Below are positions 37,464 through 46,292 of a DNA stretch of 64,000 bases, one piece after another (position 1 is the stretch's first letter; each line of letters starts with the position of its first letter). The notes below the pieces were generated by a model, which saw only the letters and a program-made list of their open reading frames with translations, was not told where the DNA came from and did not search any database. The DNA lies in contig JACPEV010000009.1 in NCBI GenBank assembly GCA_016183325.1, forward strand, positions 1,303-65,302. Reading direction: 5' to 3'. The DNA comes from Candidatus Curtissbacteria bacterium. Lineage in GTDB: Bacteria > Patescibacteriota > Microgenomatia > Curtissbacterales > GWA2-41-24. The position numbers and the translations under genes are program-made.

Positions 37464-39251
37464 GAGAACTAAGTATTTCTGATTCTGGTAGACTTTTTTG
37501 AACTGTTGTGGAGCTTCGAAGTTATATTTATCGACGGGAATTACTATGTATTTAACAGGTACCTCCAAATTACCAATCTGCGAAAAATTACCAGCTAAAA
37601 TTTGATTAACTTCTTGTTCCCGCTTACCATAATCAATTCCATGAACCCAAAGATGTCCGGGATAACCGATGTAAACTAAACGTCCAGCCAATCCAGAAAT
37701 TGGGTTGACAGGAGTTGGTTCAACTATAAACACGTCACGAGTATTGGTGTTTGATTTTGCCCAATTGGCAAGATCAATATCCCAATTGTCATAAAGTACG
37801 TATCTATTTTTTAATTGCAATTCTAAAGATAAAGATCCGCTGGCGATAGAGATCAGGATAATTACTCCGGCAGTGACCTTTGCGACTAGTCCCTTTTGGG
37901 CAAGTTTTGCAAGCAAAAATCCAGTCAAAATCACAAAAAACAAGAAAGACCACGATAAAAGCTTTATATTATCCCAATCCCAAGGCTGAAAAATCACCAA
38001 ATTGGCGATTATAAAAACCACAAAAGCAGGAATAAAGAATATTTTTTGATCACGCTTTACAAACCAAAACCCCAGTATTGCCAAAGGAATTGTCAAAAAC
38101 GTATTTTTAAGCCAAAAGACTAGAATATTTTCATCCCCATTTTGCCAACCCAGACTTGTATGCAAGAATTGACTAACTTGATGATTTGTAAAAAACAAAA
38201 ATAAAAAGGGGACCATCGTCGCAACAGCCACCAAACCCATTGAAGAAAAATCAACAAATGCTTTTTTGAAATTTTGTCGCATTGACCAGACAGCAAAGAT
38301 TGCACTAACAATTGAGAAGAAAATAAAAGAGTGTGTATGCCAGAAAGGCAAAGATCCCAAAATCAGACCGTTAATCAACAAAAGCTTTCTATCCTTTGGC
38401 CCGAAATATTCCATGAAATTTGAAAACATCAAAAGCCCTAAGAAAAGCCCCGGCAAAAAACTTCTCTCAGACAATACAAGTCCTGTCAAGATATTGCGAA
38501 AGTATAAATTATATTGGGCATTATCAGTATAATCTTTTGTCAAAAATTGCCAAAAGCCTCCACCTTGAGTACCCCATTCATTTAAAAAGAAAATTACGCC
38601 AACACCCCAACCCAAAAATAAAATCAAAAGTGAGATCACAAAACCTATATCCGAAGTAAATTTTCTACAAATCTGATAGAAGAGAACCAAAAATCCTATC
38701 AAAAACAAAATCTGTGGTAAGGAAAATGCTAAATTGAAATTTAAACCGGCGATTTTTAGTGTTGACGAAAGTAAATCATTGGCAAATGGATAAACTAAAA
38801 TGCGGCCTGCAAAAAGAGGATTCTGGATTGGAAACTCACCGGTTGTCAGTCGTGAAGTATAGGCGGCATGCAGAGCCGAGTCTCCATACATCCCACCGCC
38901 ACCAGTTTTTAATCCAACGCTTGTTGCAGCCAGGGTTTGGGTCAGCCAAATATAAGCCAATAACATCGTTGTAACTGCGGTGACTGCCAAAAATACTGGC
39001 GAAATTTCGCCAAAATCGTTCTTCGGTTTAAACTTCACAAAAATTGTCAATGCCAAGATTCCTGCCACAATCAGTGCTACAATAACCCCATTGAATAAAC
39101 CTAGAAAAAAAGAAAAAAGCAGCGCAAGCTCGCCAAAAACAAAAAGACCTAAAGCCGGTGCCACCAATAACCTGTATGGCCAGCCAAAATTTTTAGGCAA
39201 AATAGGGACAAATCCTATCCCCAAGGCCGCAATAGCCAAAAGCAAAAGCAT
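37455..39251 (-). CDS. Large polytopic membrane protein, paralog family member 2 (598 aa)
   Basis: Motifs PIQNPLFAGRILVYPF and LAGRLVYIGYPGHLWVHGIDYGKREQEV. Confidence 0.7.
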   Translation of the reverse strand: MLLLLAIAALGIGFVPILPKNFGWPYRLLVAPALGLFVFGELALLFSFFLGLFNGVIVALIVAGILALTIFVKFKPKNDFGEISPVFLAVTAVTTMLLAYIWLTQTLAATSVGLKTGGGGMYGDSALHAAYTSRLTTGEFPIQNPLFAGRILVYPFANDLLSSTLKIAGLNFNLAFSLPQILFLIGFLVLFYQICRKFTSDIGFVISLLILFLGWGVGVIFFLNEWGTQGGGFWQFLTKDYTDNAQYNLYFRNILTGLVLSERSFLPGLFLGLLMFSNFMEYFGPKDRKLLLINGLILGSLPFWHTHSFIFFSIVSAIFAVWSMRQNFKKAFVDFSSMGLVAVATMVPFLFLFFTNHQVSQFLHTSLGWQNGDENILVFWLKNTFLTIPLAILGFWFVKRDQKIFFIPAFVVFIIANLVIFQPWDWDNIKLLSWSFLFFVILTGFLLAKLAQKGLVAKVTAGVIILISIASGSLSLELQLKNRYVLYDNWDIDLANWAKSNTNTRDVFIVEPTPVNPISGLAGRLVYIGYPGHLWVHGIDYGKREQEVNQILAGNFSQIGNLEVPVKYIVIPVDKYNFEAPQQFKKVYQNQKYLVLLL

Positions 39252-39293
39252 GATATTAGTATATTTAGTATATAGAGTACAATACTTGCAGTC

Positions 39294-41201
39294 ATGGGCT
39301 CAATTTTTTTGCTTCTCTCCTCATTTATCTCTGGCCTGGCAACTTTAGAATTAACCCAGATTGTTTTGCCTTGGCCAGTGCGTGCTGTTTTTGCCACCGT
39401 TTTAGGTCTTATTATTAATACTTTAGCCATCTTTTTAGTTTCTCTATTTGTAAAATTTAATCTGATCAGTGTCCTGGTAACAATCTTTTTAATTTCTTTG
39501 CCTTCATTAATTTATTTAATTAAAAAATCTTCGTTTCAAAATATTATTGAAGATAATCTGGATATTAAAAAGAATTGGCAGATAATTTTAGGATTTTCGA
39601 TCATTACAATTTTTTTAATTTTAATTTTTAGCAAATCTATTTTCGTCAATTCCAGTGGCATCATCGCAGGCAACCGTCTCGTTTGGACCGATTGGCCAGT
39701 CCACATAGCCATCATTACATCGTTTGTGAAAGGTGATAATTTCCCGCCCCAGAACCCATTATATGCAGGCCAACTTATCTCCTATCCTTTCCTCTCAAAT
39801 TTTCTCTCAAGTGTCTTGCAGATTTTAGGCGCTAGCCTAAAAACCTCTCTGGTTCTTCCGGGCATACTTCTTGGACTGTCGGCAATAACAACCGTCTATT
39901 TTTTGGGGATTCTCTTAACAGCCCAAAAACAGATGGCCATCACAGGACTTTTGATCGGCGTTTTTTGGGGAGGATTGGGATTTTTATATTACGCTGTCGA
40001 CCTGCTTTCATCACCCAATTTTATTGAAACACTCAAGTTTCCTCCAATAGAGTACACTTTTTATCATCTCAAAAATTTATGGTTTTTCTCATTTTTGTAC
40101 TCTGAACTTTTACCTCAAAGGGCTTTCCTCTTTGGCCTGCCAATGTTTTTTATGGCACTGATACTCTTGATTCTTGGATTATCCCACCATAAAAAGACCT
40201 ATTTACTAGTCGCTGGTTATTTGGTTGGCATCATGCCCTTTTTCCATATGCATTCTTATCTTAGCTTCTTACTTTTCAGTGTTATTTTTATTCCGCTTGC
40301 GCAAGTTACCAGTTTAAAAAAAAATGGCCAAACTTCGACCAAAAGACAACTAATCTATGTCATTATTTATTTTGCCCTGCCCATCATTGGTCTTGGTTTA
40401 ATTCAACTCCCGTTTTTGCTTTCAATTAATTTAAATCAAACTTTTGGTTTTAACTGGGGCTGGATGAAAGAGCAAGAAAACTTTTTTTTATTTTGGTTTA
40501 AAAATACCGGATTCTTCTGGCCTCTATGGCTCTTTGCAATTTTCAAAACCAAATTAAATCAACTTGTCAAAAATGTGGCCATTGCCTCAGCAATTTTATT
40601 TATACTACCTAATATTTTTCGCTTTGCTCCCTGGCCCTATGACAATCTAAAAATTATGACTTATTGGTATTTAATCGGCGCTTTTTTAGTTGCCATTGCC
40701 CTAGTAGAAATCTACAAAAAAGGTCTTTCGGGGAAAATTTTGGCCATCGCTCTTTTTATTTCTCTGACTGCATCAGGAGCAATCGAGGTTTTTCGAATTT
40801 TCAATACCCCAAAAACTCAAATTCCTCTTTGGTCCTCAAAGGACATCGAACTTTCAAACTCTATCATTAAAAATACCGAAGCAGAGTCAGTAATCTTAAC
40901 CGCCGCCGTCCACGATCATCCCGTAACTGCCCTTGCTGGCAGAAAAATCATCATTGGTTTTCCCGGCAACGCCTGGTCATGGGGACTTGCCGATTGGTCA
41001 CAAAGAGAAGCAGATGTTAGAACCATCCTCAAGGGTGATGCCATTTATGCTCCTTATCTTCTTGCCAAATATAAAGTCAACTATGTCCTGATCAGTCCTC
41101 GAGAAAGATATTTTGAACCGGGTTTAAATGAACAGTACTTTCAAGAGAAATTTACCTTTGTCATTGGCGATTCTGATTACAAATTGTTTAAAGTCCCATG
41201 A
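39294..41201 (+). CDS. Large polytopic membrane protein, paralog family member 3 (635 aa)
   Basis: Motifs PPQNPLYAGQLISYPFL and LAGRKIIIGFPGNAWSWGLADWSQREADV. Confidence 0.7.
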   Translation: MGSIFLLLSSFISGLATLELTQIVLPWPVRAVFATVLGLIINTLAIFLVSLFVKFNLISVLVTIFLISLPSLIYLIKKSSFQNIIEDNLDIKKNWQIILGFSIITIFLILIFSKSIFVNSSGIIAGNRLVWTDWPVHIAIITSFVKGDNFPPQNPLYAGQLISYPFLSNFLSSVLQILGASLKTSLVLPGILLGLSAITTVYFLGILLTAQKQMAITGLLIGVFWGGLGFLYYAVDLLSSPNFIETLKFPPIEYTFYHLKNLWFFSFLYSELLPQRAFLFGLPMFFMALILLILGLSHHKKTYLLVAGYLVGIMPFFHMHSYLSFLLFSVIFIPLAQVTSLKKNGQTSTKRQLIYVIIYFALPIIGLGLIQLPFLLSINLNQTFGFNWGWMKEQENFFLFWFKNTGFFWPLWLFAIFKTKLNQLVKNVAIASAILFILPNIFRFAPWPYDNLKIMTYWYLIGAFLVAIALVEIYKKGLSGKILAIALFISLTASGAIEVFRIFNTPKTQIPLWSSKDIELSNSIIKNTEAESVILTAAVHDHPVTALAGRKIIIGFPGNAWSWGLADWSQREADVRTILKGDAIYAPYLLAKYKVNYVLISPRERYFEPGLNEQYFQEKFTFVIGDSDYKLFKVP

Positions 41202-42271
41202 AAAGAGTGCTTGTAATTTATGGCCCTACCGCAACCGGCAAGACTGATCTGGCTATTTCTTTAGCCAAAAAATTTAATGGAGAAATAATTTCTGCAGATT
41301 CTAGACAAGTCTATAGAGGTTTGGATATTGGCACAGGCAAAGTATCAATTCAAAAGTTAAGCGATCCAGCAATTCAGAAGTTCGAAAGCTTCTGGGTTGT
41401 AGATGGTGTCAGAATTCACGGTTTCGATCTGGTAGGATCACCCGTTCACGAACCCGGCTTGCAGAATTATTCCAAGCCGGGTTCGGAAGCTTTGGTTCGA
41501 TTTTCCGCCGCTGATTTCTTAAAATTTGCATCTACTACGATGATTCGAATCATTGAACAAAACAAATTACCTATTGTAGTAGGCGGGACGGGATTTTATA
41601 TTAAGACTTTAACTAGCGGTGTTGATACAATCGGAATTCCGGCAAATCCCGTACTACGTCGACAACTTGCTGATTTGTCAGTTGGCGAGCTTTATCAAAA
41701 ATTCGAATCGATCGATCCAAATCGCGCCAGATCAATGAACAGATCGGATCGTGCTAACCCTCGCCGGCTGATTCGTGCCATTGAAATCGCAATTCATAAG
41801 TCGTTCACCTCCGAGGAGTCCCCTTCGACTACTTCGACTACGCTCAGTACAAGTTCACTCAGGGCAAGCGAGCCCACCTCGGAGGTGAACACGAGCTACC
41901 AACTACCCGCTACCAGCTACTTACTCCTCGGTCTAACCGCCCCCAACAATTTCCTCTACCAGCGAGCCGATTGGTGGCTCGATCAGCAGCTTGCCCATGG
42001 CATGATCGAAGAAGTCCAAAAATTACTCGATCACAAAATTAACCCAATTTGGCTTGATAGCTTAGGACTTGAATATCGCTGGCTTTCTCGATACTTACTG
42101 AGGAAGATAAGTTTTAAAGAAGCTGTCGCCAGACTTAAAGGCGACACTCACAGTTTTATCAGACGCCAAAAAACCTGGTTTAGAAAGTTTAAAAACATCC
42201 AACTTTTTGATATCTCAAAAGACAATTGGCAAAAAGAGTTAGAAAAGAAACTTCAGCTTTGGTATCATTAA
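41198..42271 (+). CDS. miaA: tRNA dimethylallyltransferase with ~35-aa low-complexity in-frame insertion
   Basis: GPTATGKTDLAI P-loop, ADSRQVYRGLDIGT; insertion ...SFTSEESPSTTSTTLSTSSLRASEPTSEVNT... encoded by a palindromic element. Confidence 0.85.
   Translation: MKRVLVIYGPTATGKTDLAISLAKKFNGEIISADSRQVYRGLDIGTGKVSIQKLSDPAIQKFESFWVVDGVRIHGFDLVGSPVHEPGLQNYSKPGSEALVRFSAADFLKFASTTMIRIIEQNKLPIVVGGTGFYIKTLTSGVDTIGIPANPVLRRQLADLSVGELYQKFESIDPNRARSMNRSDRANPRRLIRAIEIAIHKSFTSEESPSTTSTTLSTSSLRASEPTSEVNTSYQLPATSYLLLGLTAPNNFLYQRADWWLDQQLAHGMIEEVQKLLDHKINPIWLDSLGLEYRWLSRYLLRKISFKEAVARLKGDTHSFIRRQKTWFRKFKNIQLFDISKDNWQKELEKKLQLWYH
41806..41887. repeat. In-frame inverted-repeat mini-element cacctccgaggagtcc...(53 nt)...cacctcggaggtg inside miaA
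   Basis: Perfect 11-bp inverted arms cacctccgagg / cctcggaggtg; internal tandem cttcgacta x2; same arms as 31786-31820. Confidence 0.7.
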
Positions 42272-42275
42272 GCTG

Positions 42276-43307
42276 ATGGCCGAAGACCAATCGCCTACCA
42301 GAATCGAAATTTCCTATAAAACTATTGTTTTTACCGTCGCCGTTCTTATCGGTCTATGGTTTTTGATCCAAATCCGCGATATTATCATTCTTATTTTTCT
42401 TTCGATTATCTTGCTTTCCGCTCTTTTAAAGCCAGTTGATTGGCTGAACGCAAAAGGTATTCCGAGAGTTCTATCAGCAATATTAGTTTACATCGTTTTA
42501 ATTGCTCTTTTATCATTCACTATCGGTATTATCTTCCCCCCACTTATTGACCAGACTTCAGAATTCGTATCAAAACTCCCTACAATTGCGCTTGCCATCA
42601 ATGATTTTCTAATTTTCAACAAGATCCCCGTGGAAGATATTTCTCGGGTTCTCGTTAATCAAATAAACGTAATCACCGGCAATGTTCTTGCCATATCATC
42701 TGCCATATTCGGAAGCATATTTTTACTTTTAACACTTTTTGTATTCACCTTTTACCTACTTTTGGAATGGAAAAATTTCGTAAGACTTATTGCGTCTCCT
42801 TTTTCTGGCAAACAAGAAAAAGTCGTTTCAAGTATCATTACCAAGGTTGAAAACGGTCTAGGAAGATGGTTGAGAGGTCAACTCTCCCTGTCTTTGATTA
42901 TAGGGATCCTCACTTACATTGGTCTGAGAATTTTAGGTATTCCATACGCTCTCCCACTTGCGCTGATTGCTGGAATTTTAGAAATTATCCCGATTATCGG
43001 TCCGATTATCTCCGCGATACCAGCAGTCTTAGTCGGATTGACTATTTCACCATTCTTAGCCCTTGCTGCGGCTGCACTTTTTTTTATAATTCAACAACTG
43101 GAAAATAATCTGATTGTTCCGATGGTTATGTCAAAAGTTGTCGGTATTCAACCACCGGTTGTCATTATTGCTCTTTTAATAGGTTCCAAACTTGCTGGGG
43201 TTGGAGGAGCCTTTTTGGCAGTCCCAATAATCGTCACAGTTAAAATAGTCGTAAATGAAATTTTGGGCCAGGATCAAAAACTAGAAGACGATCTTAAAGA
43301 AGATTAG
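42276..43307 (+). CDS. AI-2E family transporter (UPF0118/PerM-like)
   Basis: 8-TM architecture with typical AI-2E N- and C-terminal regions. Confidence 0.7.
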   Translation: MAEDQSPTRIEISYKTIVFTVAVLIGLWFLIQIRDIIILIFLSIILLSALLKPVDWLNAKGIPRVLSAILVYIVLIALLSFTIGIIFPPLIDQTSEFVSKLPTIALAINDFLIFNKIPVEDISRVLVNQINVITGNVLAISSAIFGSIFLLLTLFVFTFYLLLEWKNFVRLIASPFSGKQEKVVSSIITKVENGLGRWLRGQLSLSLIIGILTYIGLRILGIPYALPLALIAGILEIIPIIGPIISAIPAVLVGLTISPFLALAAAALFFIIQQLENNLIVPMVMSKVVGIQPPVVIIALLIGSKLAGVGGAFLAVPIIVTVKIVVNEILGQDQKLEDDLKED

Positions 43308-43374
43308 AAACAGCTTCTCGCCAATTTTGAAAAATTACCCATTTCTGGTAAAATATATGTTGCTTTTGGGAAGA

Positions 43375-43715
43375 AGAACGATCGCCCCGTACCATACGGT
43401 ACGGGGAGGAAAGTCCAGACAGCAGGAAGCAAAGGATCCCGCGTAAGCGGGGACTAGAAATAGCTGGTGTCTTGGCTCTTTACCCGCATGCGGAGCCAAG
43501 AACAGGTCTTGAGTTTACAAGACTTGAGAGCAACAGAGACGAGCGGGAGTGAAACGGGCAATCCTACTTGCTGCAACCCAGATTTGAACCGATCTAGCCA
43601 TAGGCTGGTCAGTCTTTGGCTAATGACCATGCTTCCGGGAGGTTCAGAGTAGGGGCATCCTGTTAAAAACCAGGACGAAGTGGCTAATTCGTCATTTCGA
43701 GATAGATGATCGTAA
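43375..43715 (+). ncRNA. rnpB: Probable RNase P RNA
   Basis: ccccgtacc-ata-cggtacgggg hairpin followed by GGAGGAAAGTCCAG (P4 5'-strand-like); ...GCAACAGAGAC...GTGAAACGGGC...; ~340 nt of hairpins with only a spurious 61-aa ORF. Confidence 0.5.
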
Positions 43716-43815
43716 AAACCAAGTCTGACTTGGTAAAACAGAATCTGGCTTACATCTTCCCAAAAGCATTTTTAAAGAATTTGACTAATTTTGTCAAAGG
43801 TGTAATCATATTTGT

Positions 43816-44016
43816 ATGGCCAAGAAATCTGCTCTCAAGGCCGCAAAAAGTAATCCTCTTTCCCAATTCTTAATTGCCGCAACAGTTGTTATAGTTCTTA
43901 TAGCTTCATACGAAGCCGCCACCCAAAATGATTTCACGAAAATTGCTCCAACTCAACTTTTCTTGATTGCCGGCGTTTTAGGTGTCTTGGGTCTTTATCT
44001 TAAAGACGAAAAGTAA
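43816..44016 (+). CDS. Small membrane protein (66 aa, 2 predicted TM)
   Basis: ORF with hydrophobic segments; no motif. Confidence 0.35.
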   Translation: MAKKSALKAAKSNPLSQFLIAATVVIVLIASYEAATQNDFTKIAPTQLFLIAGVLGVLGLYLKDEK

Positions 44017-44272
44017 AACCTAATTTGACGGAATTGACACTTTAACCATAATCAAGTATATTAACTTCAGCTATACGTATATGAGTGGCCCAGAAGGCAG
44101 CAACCAAACCCAATTCGAAATTGGCCCAACTCCAGTTCTACCCCGAAAAATATCTTCGGTCCCAAGAGGATTCGTGTTTGTCAATACCTTTTTATCTCCT
44201 GATATGGAAACTCCACGTCCACCACCCGATGCTGTTGAAGCAATAGAAAAACGTTTAAGTTAACTCTTGCGC

Positions 44273-44959
44273 GTGGTAAAAATTCCGATTGCTATTATGA
44301 TTGGAGCCGGTTCAAAGTTGCCTGCTCTCATCAAAGCGGCCAAAAGCCCCCAAAGCAGATTTTATATTAGCTTAGTAGTCAGCCACAGGAGTTTTTCTCC
44401 TGGAATCAAATACGCTCTTTTCAAAAAGATTCCGGCAATCTATTTTAAACTTCCAGATTATAGAAAAAGATTGTTTAATGGCTCAAAAAAAGCCAGAGCC
44501 GATTATATGAAGCGCCTCGGCTGGTTTATCTCCCAGCGAGAATATTTTCCCAAATTACTCGTCTTTGCCGGTTGGGATTTAGTCATGGATAAAAATTTCT
44601 TTAGTTTTTTCAAAGCGAAATTCGGCAATGGCTATGCTGCAATCAATCTTCATCCCGCCCTCCTGCCGCAAGAAAATGAAGGCGCCAAGATTAAACTTCC
44701 AGACGGTTCTTTCACCCCGATAATCAAAGGCGAACAACAAGAAGTTTTAAAAACAGTCATTGCCAAAAAACTTACTTATTTTGGCCCAACCGTTCATTTC
44801 ATGGTTCCGGTACAGTTCGACACCGGCGAGGTTATAAAAAGGGCATTTATTAAAATCGCAAGTGGCCAATCCCCCGAATCTTTGCGCAAAAAACTGATGC
44901 CGCAAGAAGACAGAATTTTAACAGAATCGATAAACGAAGTCATATCTAAATATTTGTAA
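44273..44959 (+). CDS. purN: Phosphoribosylglycinamide formyltransferase-like (PurN-like, with insertion)
   Basis: IPIAIMIGAGSKLPALIKAA N-terminus; NLHPALLP; TVHFMVPVQFDTGEVI; start placed at GTG 44273 (uncertain). Confidence 0.65.
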   Translation: MVKIPIAIMIGAGSKLPALIKAAKSPQSRFYISLVVSHRSFSPGIKYALFKKIPAIYFKLPDYRKRLFNGSKKARADYMKRLGWFISQREYFPKLLVFAGWDLVMDKNFFSFFKAKFGNGYAAINLHPALLPQENEGAKIKLPDGSFTPIIKGEQQEVLKTVIAKKLTYFGPTVHFMVPVQFDTGEVIKRAFIKIASGQSPESLRKKLMPQEDRILTESINEVISKYL

Positions 44960-44969
44960 ATCATAAACT

Positions 44970-46289
44970 ATGAACACTAAAGCGACTGTTTTAATTGTAG
45001 ACGGAGGAGGACGCGGCTCAGTTCTTGTTTATAAATATGCAAGAAGTCCACATGTTGGCAAAATCATAGCAGTTCCCGGCAACGATCTTATGGTAGAACT
45101 TACCCCAAAACCCGTGCAGATTTTTAAGGATATCAAAACTACCGATTTAAAAGAAATAATAAGAATTTGTCAACAGCACCACGTAGATTTAATTGATATC
45201 GCCCAGGATGATGCAATCGCCCAAGGTCTTACTGATGTTTTAAAAAAAGAAAATTTTAAAGTGCTTGGGCCCACCCGAGCGGCTGGCCAAATCGAGTGGG
45301 ATAAAGCTTGGGCGCGAAATTTTATGGTAGATTTTAATATCCCCTCACCCAAATTTAAAGTTTGTTTCACAGAACAGGAAGGAATTGATTTTATAAAATC
45401 TCAAAAAGAAAGCCAGTGGTTTATTAAAGCATCAGGCTTAGTTGCTGGCAAAGGTGCCCTTTATGCCAGGAATAATCAAGAAGCCCAAGAAAATATCACC
45501 AAGATGAAAACTTTTGGCATAAAAGGCCAAACTTATTTGATAGAAAAATGCCTTTACGGAGAAGAATTCTCCTCATTTGCCTTAGTCGATGGCCAAGACT
45601 TCCAAATTTTAGGTCACGCACAAGATCACAAAACGGTTTTTAACAATAATCTGGGTCCAAATACTGGTGGCATGGGTTGCTCCTCACCACCAATGGCCAT
45701 AACTAATAAAATAGCAGAACAAATAAAAATTATTTTTAAAAAAACATTAAAAGGACTAGCACTATTAAAAAGGCCATATCGGGGAATTCTCTATTTGGGT
45801 GGCATTATAGATAAAAACGGCAAAGTTTATGTTATTGAATTTAATGCCAGGTGGGGGGATCCTGAAGCTCAAGTAGTTCTGCCTCAAATTAAAAACGATT
45901 TTTACGAAATTGCCAAAGCGACCATTGAAAAGAAATTTTCCAAAATAAAATTAAAAAGAGATAAACTTTATCGGATAGCTGTCACGGCCGCGGCATCGGG
46001 TTACCCAATTGACTCCAGTCAAGCGCAAAATAAGCAAATTTTTGGTTTAGAAAAAATTTTCAAAAATAAAGATATTCAGATTTTCGGCGCCGGGATAAGG
46101 AAAATCAAGAAAAAATATTATGTAGCGGGCGGACGCCTTTTAACCATAGTCGCCAAAGCGCCCAATGTTGCACTGGCACGTCAAAAAGCCTACAATGCTC
46201 TTTCTCTTATTTTTATTGAAAGCAATAACCTTCACTATAGAACAGACATTGGTTATCGTGATTTAGAAAGACTTTACGAGGGATCGTAA
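44970..46289 (+). CDS. purD: Phosphoribosylamine--glycine ligase
   Basis: MNTKATVLIVDGGGRGS...; ATP-grasp architecture. Confidence 0.85.
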   Translation: MNTKATVLIVDGGGRGSVLVYKYARSPHVGKIIAVPGNDLMVELTPKPVQIFKDIKTTDLKEIIRICQQHHVDLIDIAQDDAIAQGLTDVLKKENFKVLGPTRAAGQIEWDKAWARNFMVDFNIPSPKFKVCFTEQEGIDFIKSQKESQWFIKASGLVAGKGALYARNNQEAQENITKMKTFGIKGQTYLIEKCLYGEEFSSFALVDGQDFQILGHAQDHKTVFNNNLGPNTGGMGCSSPPMAITNKIAEQIKIIFKKTLKGLALLKRPYRGILYLGGIIDKNGKVYVIEFNARWGDPEAQVVLPQIKNDFYEIAKATIEKKFSKIKLKRDKLYRIAVTAAASGYPIDSSQAQNKQIFGLEKIFKNKDIQIFGAGIRKIKKKYYVAGGRLLTIVAKAPNVALARQKAYNALSLIFIESNNLHYRTDIGYRDLERLYEGS

Positions 46290-46292
46290 ATT

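Noticed and set aside
43467-43652. 61-aa ORF inside the putative RNase P RNA
   Set aside because: No RBS; it overlaps the hairpin-rich ncRNA.
44081-44263. 60-aa ORF upstream of the purN-like gene
   Set aside because: No motif, proline-rich nonsense-like peptide, and it abuts the uncertain purN start. Left unannotated.
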